Below are positions 24,139 through 34,748 of a stretch of 64,000 nucleotides of DNA, in pieces. Under the pieces are notes generated by a model. That model did not search any database, was not told the DNA's origin, and was given only the letters and a program-made list of their open reading frames with translations. Both the position numbers and the translations under genes were made by a program. The DNA is from Laetmonice hystrix (lineage: Eukaryota), in NCBI GenBank assembly GCA_965235115.1, contig OZ249438.1, forward strand, positions 22,692,001 through 22,756,000, read 5' to 3'. Each line of letters starts with the position of its first letter. The first letter of the stretch is position 1.

Positions 24139-25969
24139 TGCAATTTGACACGAAATAATTAAGCAAATACATTAGAAATTACAGACTAATCTTCTAAAGC
24201 CGCATGAATATGCATGCCGACGAGGGCCATTCGACTCTAAGGAGCGTCGGTGGCCCTGTGTGCGCAAGGATCTTCTCCGACCGGCTACTCCACTTGCATT
24301 TTTAAATCTATGTTTGTCGAACTTCTCCGCGTGGATTCCCTAAATAGCCTATCCATTTCCCAAAATCTAATATGTGTTTGCTTTAACGAATGGGCATAAA
24401 ACTGTATCTTCATTTCAATTAACTCGAATTAAATTGAATATGATTTCCATGGTGAATAATGAAAAAGGAAGTAAACTGTAGGCTCAGACCATAGTTACTT
24501 TTATAGGTAACATCACATAAAATTATGGGATTGCATATTTCACAATATAGGAATAATAAAATATATATATGGGCTATATACCTATTATATCCATATCAGA
24601 TGAATAAATAAATGGACGTCTATATTTAGGTCTATATCATAGAGAACAAGTGCAGCATGCCGTCGCAATGATGCTACAGATATAGGGACGATTTTGATGC
24701 CTCATGCTTGCAGAGCCAGTTACGACGGAAGAGGCCGCATAAGCGTCGCGAAATTACCTCCCGTCTGACGTTGGCGCTGTCATCTTGTACGATTTCCACA
24801 GGCCCGATATTCTTGCCGTTGATCGTATTAGGCCGATGGTTATAATAGAGATACGGTAAGTGATCCCGTTAGAAACCCTATTTTTTGACTTCTGTGTAAT
24901 TAAAGCGAGGGATTTCGGCACGTTACGATGTGCACGTTTCAAGTCAGCCCCGCTGTGTGGTAACGACTCCCGCCAGCCAGCCTGTCATAATCTGCGCTCC
25001 ACTCGGCTCGGCTCCGCTGAACTCATTTGGCACATCTGACAGCCACATTACCAGCAAAGCCACCGCATAAGCTAATTAGAACTGGGCGCACATCATCATT
25101 TATTTCATTTGCTTCTTCAGTGGGTTCGCGGCAGGTAGAGGTAACAGGTCTATAGTCGGTAACCCACATGCAAAGAGTATATATTTATAATATAGCCTTT
25201 AAATATACGATACATGCAGCTCGGTATATCTTATGTCAAGACATCATTTAGACATAAATATATTACGCGAATTATACAAACATAATGTATAAAAGGTTAC
25301 TGTATATAGACCTGTATTATGTTATTTATATAGCACATATAGAAATATTGAAAAACACACACCCATATCCTATCATAACCTTTGCCCAAAAAGTGAATGT
25401 AATATTTTACATGTATAGGCCTACTCATTCCTCAACGTATTTTCATACAATGATTATAACGTAATTTTTTCACTTAATAGATAATAATAAATCATATCTT
25501 AGCTATAACCAAACGGTATACTTATTAATATATTAAACAGGTGTTGATTAGAATTGTAACTTTACGGATGATAGGTAAATACGAATGCTATAGATAGGTA
25601 ATTTATGCGCCATGGAGTTTATATCGTACAAATATAGGTCTCCCACAGCGACGATTCCCGCTAAGTCCCCACAATGAAGCCTTTAGTATAACAAACTAAT
25701 AGCTTTGATCATCTTGGACGATTTTCAGAGACGTTATCTGGTTGACACATCACATGACGACGGGGAGTCGGCCAATTATATACTATAAATACCACGAGAG
25801 GATGGCGGGTGGATCATCATTGGGATTAAAGGGGAATAGACCGTTTGCTTCTGGCAGCCGCATCACAAGACTGAACCTTGAAGTATAGATGAAGAAAAGG
25901 TCAAGGTCTCATCCTGTCTTTCTGTTTGAATCTATATATTTTCGGTCTGGTATATAAACCTATCTGATA

Positions 25970-26050
25970 GTATAAATTATTATAATTATAATTATAATTA
26001 TAAAATAGATTATAATTATAATTATAACAATAATAATAATTATTATTATA
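25970..26050. repeat. AT-rich (ATTATA/AAT)n low complexity
   Basis: TATAATTATAATTATAATTATA and AATAATAATAAT runs. Confidence 0.85.
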
Positions 26051-28667
26051 TTTGTATATTTGTATATTAAGCTACAATATTAATAGAGCACTGGTCCGCT
26101 ATACCCGAACCCGAGCGGGTGTAGCAGTATCATATACGGTGGTGTATTTTCTTACTTCGTAATATATCTAGGCACAGTTTGATGTGCATGTGATCACAGC
26201 ATCCATTGGTGTATGTCCAGCGCACTGGGGACGGGCCGTATAGCCTGCTGGCCGGCCACCGTGGACCTCACCGAGACTATACACTTAAGTCGGACCAAAT
26301 TCAATTAGTAGACGGCAAAGTGCGTTAGCCGTGTGAGGCATCAGACACCGAGAGGTAAACAAACTGAGGGAGGACACCTAGGAACAGTCGTTCCTTCTAA
26401 CACAAATACAGCAAGAGGAGCCGGAGGCGGTGCTTACAACAGCCTTCCCGTATTAGAACCAGCGCCATTACCCACATTTGTGGTTTTGCAGACAAAAATA
26501 ATTTAGAAAGTAAAGAGTCTGCTAGAGTGTTGGCGTGACCGGCGAATGCCTTCTCTGAAGGTGCCAGTCGCTTCCTCCCTGGACACTTGGCACTACGGGA
26601 GGCCAGGAACTAATTTACGAATGCCATATCGCGCGTGAAACACTAGCTTCTCTATAACCACGAAAGTAAATTACCCACGCTAGATTGGGAGCATCTAATA
26701 AGTCATCTGTTTATAATTAAAGTAACACCATCCTTGGAGTGGAGAGTAATGTTTCGATAGCTCCAGAGGTTCCTGCCGAGTTGAAATGGATAGCTCGACC
26801 TGCCAGTACAGTCGGCATCCAGGAATTTGGAACCAAACGTCGGCTTGTAGGCGGAGACACGATTTCAACTTTCTAGAACAACTGTTTAACTTTTGTATCC
26901 CTTATTGGCACGCCTAATTTGGCGAATATTTATACCGTTATTTCTCGGTATTTTACTCTAATCTCCGCAATTAACATCAGAATGGAATCTTTCATGTGAT
27001 CATATACTATTTATAAACCACAACAAAGTCAACCTGCAAAACAGCTTTATCTCTAAAGTTACCGAGCTTTAGGAATGACTGTGTGAAAAGGGCACAAACG
27101 TAGCATCTGGATCACAGCAGTTTCAATGTCAGACTAACTCGTTTTGAAAATAAACATTGAAGGTAAATTGTTAGCGTCATATTGATGATTGAACATCGAA
27201 AGCAAACAGAGTTCTCTTAATGACACATGCTCGGTTCATTCGATGCCGATAATCTGCCTCTAGAGATTATTGTCATCCGTGGTCTGCTAAACCAATTTAA
27301 AGAGTTCTTTCTTTCTTCAACTCTAAAGTTGGAGTGTTCGAGTGACGTAAACAGTGGACATGGGTGATTTCGTCCCGACATGATGAAGACAAATATGTTG
27401 AAAGGATGGTTGCGGAGGCTGACAGCGACATGTGATGGGGGTGGGCCCCTCCAGGGTGCCGTACCCCCCAGGAGTTCTGCCCCCCTGCGTGTCGACCGCG
27501 ACACGTTGATGATGATGCATTTGGACACGGGTGCTGCCGGGGTCAGCGTGACTTAGCCCGGCGGTACACTCGACGCACTCAAGCCGTCAACAAGAAATAT
27601 GCGTCCTGGCCATCGGTCGGTGCGTCTGTACGTCCAACCCACCGACGGACAGACCCACAGACCGACCGACCCACCGACCGTCCGTCCCCGGCCTGCCATC
27701 CTGCTAACGACCTGGGCGAACCGACGTGACGGCGATATGGGCGGCCGTATGTACTCGGCACTGACCGCCTACTGATTTATCACTGTATACTTTTTGCCAT
27801 GATAGCTGGCGTACGGTTGCTGGAGAAAGATTTGTCAGGATCCGCCACCCAGGAGAAGGAGGGAGGGTGGAGTTTTTAGGAGGAGAACATTAGCTGAGTG
27901 GGCAAGATCAGGGTGATGTGCAGTCTGTACACAACGTTCTCCACCATGGAGGGGTGTGCTCTATGGCCGGGCCACCACGCCCGTCCTGCAGCGCGCTGTT
28001 GGGCAATGAATGCTCGTCAAAGTCGACTCGGAGATCTAACCGTTGGTATTGGACGGTAAACATACCACAGGCTGGTCGGCCTTGTGGGGAGTTAATTGGA
28101 AAGACGAAAAGAGAAAATTGAGCCGATAAAGGGGTGCAGTGCGTGGAGGAGGCGGGGTGGGTTACGGGCGAGGCGCTGTCGACCCTGGGTGCCGGGTGTC
28201 GGGCAGTACGACCATCCTGCCCGGGCAACCTGAGACGGGGCCGGGCGGGCGGGCGGCCGGCCGGGGCACGGCGGCAGTGCATGGCGGCGGTGGCGATGGT
28301 GAATTAAGGGCGGCCTCCGGGGCTGGCGTGCGTGTGTTCCGCCGCCTGGGTCGGTGGGAAGCCCGTCGGACGATCCGTGTCAGCGGGGGTGTGGTTGAAG
28401 AGCCTACATGCCGAGGGTCTCCGTGTGGGTCCCGGCCGAGGGCGTACAGGAGGAGGAGGGCGCGGGGTTGTCGGTAGTATGGAGACCGCTGGGCTGGGCC
28501 TTCATACATAACGCCCGGCCTGACACCACTGCGGTGACTCGCTCCGTTGGTGGTCGTCAGGGCTGGCCCACCCGAGGGTCAGGGCTGGTGTACTACACGG
28601 TATAAGGCGGCGGGCACTCGGCCTACAGTCCTGCTCTCATGTCCGAGTCAATTCTACCACCTCAACG

Positions 28668-28920
28668 TCTCCCCACTCTCCCCCGACCTAACCCCCGCTC
28701 TCCCCCCGACCTATCCCCCACTCTCCCCCGACCAATCCCCCACTCTCCCCCGACCTATCCCCCACTCTCCCCGACCTAACCCCCGCTCTCCCCGACCTAT
28801 TCCCCAATGTCCCCCGGCCTCCCCCACTCTCCCCCGACCTATCCCCCACTCTCCCCGACCTAACCCCCGCTCTCCCCGACCTATCCCCCAATGTCCCCCG
28901 GCCTCCCCCACTCTCCCCCG
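28668..28920. repeat. C-rich tandem repeat (CTCTCCCCCGACC-type) with an internal ~84 bp duplication
   Basis: Repeated CTCTCCCC(C)GACCTA units; the ORF track shows the same 28 aa block twice. Confidence 0.9.
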
Positions 28921-29692
28921 AGCAAACCATTACAGCCGGCCCGAGCGTCGCTCCAACAAACGTCGATGGCTCCCTCAATACAATTTACCCCGAGTGAGAG
29001 ATGCCCCTGCTACTTGCTGGCTGTTGCTGTGTGATCTATGCTGTTCTTATCTCCTCCTTAATTAAGCCATAATAACCTAGAAACGCGCCCCGAGTACGGC
29101 TCGATATTGATCCAGGCCGTCACTAGTCAGCATCCCGTCGACCCCTGCAAGCTATCTGTCAACAGAACGGCGGGCTGCCCGAAAATCACCGACCCTCCAC
29201 ACACGGCGAGCCACTAAATTAGGGAGAAACGTTTGCCCTCACCAGATTACGCCATACCCTCTTACAGTTGTTTTTACCCAGAGTGTAAAGCACGCCAGCT
29301 GTTAACTTTGACTAGGCATGATTTCAGTTAACCACACCCAGCAATCGTACGGATGGCACAACAAACATGCATCATCATGCATCATAACTGTCAGGGCCAT
29401 CGGAGTTCACAATCCACTTTCCCCAGTCCACAATATTTAGTGGTCCGCTAATACTAGGCGTCCAGAATTAGTGATTGTCACTAACCGTTATGGAGCGTCT
29501 GATTGGCTGCTGCCTGGTTTTATACGGCGGGGATGATCGTCAGTCGGGATGGCAAGGCCCTCAAGGCAATAATGTTACACGTCATGTTAATAATTCATAG
29601 CGACGACAGAGCTGAGAGTGGGCGCCGGTTAAACGGCCAGACCTCAAAGTGGGATCATCTTGTGACAAATGACAACTTGAAGGGGCCGCTCC

Positions 29693-29776
29693 ACGTCGGT
29701 TTGCCACTCGTGATGGCGGCACGGCTGAGATTGTACGTCGGTTTGCCACTCGTGATGGCGGCACGGCTGAGATTGT
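29693..29776. repeat. Perfect 42 bp tandem duplication
   Basis: ACGTCGGTTTGCCACTCGTGATGGCGGCACGGCTGAGATTGT x2. Confidence 0.95.
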
Positions 29777-31093
29777 AAAATGTGCAATCACGTGTCCGAC
29801 ACGGACTGCATGCACGCCATCGTGCAATTACAAAAACTGGCTAGGTCTTTTACTGGGTGGACAACTTGTCGGCGGGTTGATATACTTTGATCTATTATCT
29901 TAGGGTATATAGGCCTATGCCCTGTATATACGTTATTAGGAAAATACAAACATTATAACGTTATACATTAAGTGATAATCGATGTGCTCTCCTTGTGCAT
30001 AAAATATAAGTATTTCTTTATAACGTATATATTATACTGATACTGCCTGCCTATATACATGTTCATGGGTATAAACACGATATACATGTATACTATATAG
30101 ACATGAATGTATATGTAACCTTTATATGTATGCACCTATCATATACGTAAAGGGATAGGCCTATTCATTAGCATACACCATGCATATATACACATGAGGT
30201 ACACACATACGTAATATGCCAAAATAATACATAGGCCTACATGTATATGATACACCTATAAGTGATATACAAACCCTATGGTCAAGGAAAGACATCCTCC
30301 TTCAGTCAGTATCCATAATTGTTGAGTGCCACTGACCGATTGTCATCCGCCATGCCAAGTCGGATGACGACGTGTAAGATGACATAAAACAATAACAAAC
30401 ACCCCTTCCCATACACAGCTGGGTCGTCACTGACATAATTGGTCCCGACTCGGCTGCTATCGGTTCAGAATTTCACCAGTGTGCCATGAAGAACTGAGTG
30501 ATCAGATACCAGACGTTGGCCTACAACTCCCCAGTTGTTTTCGGTCGCACCATGGAGTAAGCATCCGTTCTACTTGAAGTGTCACCAGAGCGTACTCCGT
30601 TTCCCAGGCGTACACAAACTAGACGTATACGGTTTAAGTGTCGCAGGTGTTGCTGAGCCATTTAACGCTCTTGTTTCTCCTTGTCATTTATGTTAGTAAC
30701 AGGCCGTATGAAATCTAAGTCCCGGACCAGTTTGGTGTTGCTCTAAGTAGTTGGGTGCGTTGCGAATGGGAGTGTCAGGCCAGGACGGGTATAGGCCACT
30801 TTGGGGTTGGTGGACTGTGGGCTGCAGGTGTATGGGGGCCGGCCATCGGTGGTGTTGGTAGCCCGGGACGTTGGTTACCATATCCCGGCATGTCGTCCCA
30901 CCATGCGCCGCTCCCCTTCCCCTCGGCACCTCATCAGTAGATGATACGACAGCCACACTCAAGACCATGTAATACGAGATGATAAATGCACTCGTTGAAA
31001 ACGTATCAAAAGAAAACCCATTGGGAGCTGATTTGCAGAACTCTACCCAACCAATTCCCAATATGAAGCGTTATGTTCTAAACGTCTGCTTAC

Positions 31094-31184
31094 CGTAGTA
31101 TGGCAGGGATCGCTCGGCCGTGTAGTACGGGTTTTGCATGATGGTCGTCCCGAAGCCTCCGTGGAGCAGGTCCCGCGCCGCCAT
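31094..31184 (-). CDS. Putative first coding exon of an unidentified gene (MAARDLLHGGFGTTIMQNPYYTAERSLPYY + 1 nt, phase-1 intron)
   Basis: ATG in GAAA-ATG-G context; 25 of the 29 codons after the ATG end in G/C; ends TAC G|GTAAGC (strong donor); unspliced read-through stops within 6 codons. No domain recognised. Confidence 0.6.
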
Positions 31185-32215
31185 TTTCACGAGGCTAGTG
31201 CCGCACGGAAAGTGTGCTTGCGTATAAAGTGGCTCTCCGTGGCTTACAACGAGGTTCTTAGGCAGCCTCGTCGTTTCGACTCGGTACTAATTTACAATAG
31301 AATGGGATTGACCCGGATCGGTGAAAAGGCGCATGGCGCGCAGTTTGAATGACAGGTCGAGATGATGACGTAGGCCGGGGTAGGAGGGGACTACGGTAGA
31401 TGGGTGCGCGCGCTGGTGGCGTCGCCAGCGGCCTCCAGGCGTACGAGTCGTCTCACTCGTTGGCTGGGTCCCGCTCGCTGTCCGCCAACATGAGTGCTTC
31501 ACCCTGGCAGCGGCCGCCACCACCCAAACAATGCTCCGAGCAAGAGAAGTCAGCAGAGAGAGACTCTCCTTAACCAGCCCGTCACCCGAGGGCCCAAGAC
31601 GATGTCTGTTTGCGAGGATTTGGCGACTTAGGTTGATATCATCAATTGCAAACGGCCCAAAGGCGATGTAGAGTATAATACAGCAGGACGTACGCCTCAG
31701 ACCCACACCAACCGGTAGACAGGAAGGAAGAGCATTGGAGCCGTGGTGAACTGTAATCTACAGACGATAGATAGCCAGTCATTGGGCGACTTTCACCTAC
31801 CTACGACTACCGTCGTCCAATAACTGGTGCGGCCAAAGTTAGCCCCTACTTACGACACGGCCATTGGAACGTAATTATTGACCATCATTAAACGACCGAG
31901 ACACAGTGGCTGAGTAACCTGACACCGGATCAGTTCTACTATCACCCGCCACACCTTTCTAAGGCTTCTCCGACTCGGTCATTATGTTAGGGAGGCAGTG
32001 TCTCCACCGTTGGATACCTCGGCTTCCGAACAGATGCGTTTGGTGGCGTAAATTACCGATCGCCTGCTGCAGGAATGTGCTAGACGGCGCAACCTAATCA
32101 CGGCCTGTCATTGTCTGGCATAATTCAATGTATTGGGCATTTCAATACAACCAGTAGTTACTTGATAGCTTTGTCAAGGGAAGGCTAAGATTTGTGGCGT
32201 TCATCGCCTCCGAAC

Positions 32216-32337
32216 CCCCGCCCTCCCGCGCCCCCTCCACATCTCATCAGGCGCGTTGCCATCACGTCCAATAAGCACTCTCCCCCCCTCCCCCGGCCTC
32301 TCCATGCCACCCCGCAGCCAACACAGCTTGTCATTGG
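32216..32337 (-). promoter_or_regulatory. Promoter-like block upstream of the 31.1 kb exon
   Basis: GC box CCCCGCCC (32216-32223), CCAAT (32268-32272) and ATTGG (32333-32337) in GC-rich sequence about 1 kb 5' of the ATG on the minus strand. Confidence 0.4.
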
Positions 32338-34734
32338 TTGCTGGCTTGCCAGCAGAAAATTGAAGAACAAATATTTGAAAAAGAGGCTGTATGGGATGAT
32401 CCGGTAGCGGGGACAAACAAGCCGAGTGCAGCTATGGCCTGTTTTCGATAGGTTCAATTTGACCTCTTGCCCGCTTTCCGAGTTGAACGATGGGCAGACG
32501 CGCTCCACAGTGGTTTACGTCACAATAAAACAACCGTTTCTGAAAAAAGTCTCCCAGCTACCAAAATATATCACCTTGTTGTGACATTACTGCTTTCAGA
32601 GTAATCATTTCCAGACATTTTGCTTTGATTATATATAGGGATGAGGGATCATGCGAGTCAACCCCATTAAAGTGCGCCAGACGGAATTCAGTATGAAACC
32701 GTTTATTATTAATGACATCCCACTTTTCTACATTGAAACTGCACATTAATATATGACAAAAATAAACAGATACCTGTTTAATAAACAAAGAAGAACGCAA
32801 AGTGACTAAACATCATAGGATTTTTTTTACATGGCTCTCAGTTCCCGAACAGATTTTCCAAATGAGAGAGGGAGAGAGAGTCGGGTCCCTCATGCATATC
32901 ATGCACCCATGCGCGATCGTCCCAAATATCGACTCGATCTTATGCCCGATGTATTCGTGAACTTAGCACACCACTGCGTGGTCAATTATCGACCAATAAA
33001 ATGCAAATGGTCCATGCTGTGGGAAGATGCCCTGGCAATGGCGGATAATGGACATTTGATCTATTTCTGATCTGCCGATATGCATAAACATTGTTTGAAT
33101 CTCATTTCCCCACTCTGGGCCCTGATCGATCCGCGTGGCTGTGTTTGAAGCGGGCAGGACGACACGATATGGCCGTGTAACCGTACCCTGGTCGGACTAC
33201 CCCCACCATCCCTTGCTAACACCCCCCAGCCACATCCCGGCCGCCTGGCCCGAGCAGCCGGAGAACGACTGTCCCTCATCCTATATCGATGTTACTGTGA
33301 CCGGATTGTCACCGTCATGTTCCCACCTCTAATGTGCACCAAATTCAAAGTCAGTCTTTCACGCACGATTGATCTCAAAGTAAATTAGTTAGGATATACC
33401 ACAAAACGGCTGGTGGCTGTAATTGAATATGATAAGGCAGTGTCCGTCGCTGCGGTTTCTAATTTGTGTTACGAAATCGGCGATGGTGAGGATGGAGCCT
33501 GAGCAATGCGCGGGTCTGGCGGGCTCGAGGTGTTATCCCACAGATATTTTTGGCATTGGTATCAGACCTGCCATCTCTACCTATAGCCGAATGACAATGT
33601 TATGAATGCATCCCGGCTTATGAACCCAACTTTTAGATTACAGGGAGACCGAAAAAAGAAACGAGCGGTGGGCAATTCTCTGGTCAACAGAAACATATCC
33701 GTTCATCTGATGTGTCCGGGATGAGGCGGGCTTTATCTTGTTCTGGTGGTGGTGGTGGTGGTGATGATAGTCGGGCGGTGACGTCGTGACGTATGCCGAC
33801 AAGATAATTGGACAGTACGTGACGTGGAGGGCACTTTGAAGGTGGTGAGCGGGGACTAGCCGTACACAGGGCTGCCCCAGCGGGGGCTCACGGCCAGGCC
33901 CACCATACACTGGGACCGAGCCCACCGCCGCTTTGTACATCTCCGTGGGACGTATTTTATCGGGCGGGGCAATTTCCCTCCCCCGCCAACCCCCGTGCCA
34001 GCGGTCCGGTAGACTGGCAGTGTCTGTTCTGGCCACAGTCACCTTGCCATATTGTACACGTTAACTGCCCGGGATGTCCTCTCGCAGACCTTTTAGTTTT
34101 GTATAGGCCTAAGGCTGATAGTAATTAGCCTTTGCTTGTAGGTCTCTAGGCCTACATACATGAACATGTATTTACAAAGATGGTTGAGTTGGGAGAACAA
34201 GAGGTCACTTTCCCCAGATATACATACATGCATATGTACCCGAGGTACTATGCGGTTCAACAGGGGCCCAAAGCCTCTGGCTCTTCCCCTCCAGTTGAAA
34301 CTCAACTGGAGGTACCCATGGTGTCCTCGTACATTAGGCTGTATTGGATGTTTAGGTTATGTATCAGGCCTGGCCCTCAGAGACCGAGGTACCCTTCAGT
34401 CCGGAGGTCTACAGTGTTTTGATTAACAATACCGGAGCCCCTGGAGATACCTCCATTAAAAATCCTACGTCTGCATCTGTATATGTGTATAATGTATTGT
34501 TTGTACACGTAAAAACCATGCACATGGTAATGCCCCAGGAATGTACATGTTTGTCACGTGCATGTCTTTTATCTGTAAGAAACACAATTGCATGGAACTG
34601 CAATATTCTTGATCAAAGCTGTGTTGTATGTTGCACATTATACTTTGACATGAACATGTATCACTGTTATCCACAATTACCCTTAGAATCGGAGAGGTAG
34701 CCGTAATCTTGGTCGGCCAGGGATTTTTATATAG

Positions 34735-34748
34735 CCACCAGGGGGCAG
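34735..34748 (+). promoter_or_regulatory. CTCF binding motif (consensus-perfect core)
   Basis: CCACCAGGGGGCAG. Confidence 0.6.

Noticed and set aside
30515-30536. GTTGGCCTACAACTCCCCAGT, similar to miR-193-3p
   Set aside because: The seed differs and there is no complementary 5' arm.
34288-34312. Perfect 11 bp stem CCTCCAGTTGA-AAC-TCAACTGGAGG as a terminator or RNA gene
   Set aside because: No U-tract, too short for a pre-miRNA, eukaryotic context; probably a TE relic or chance.
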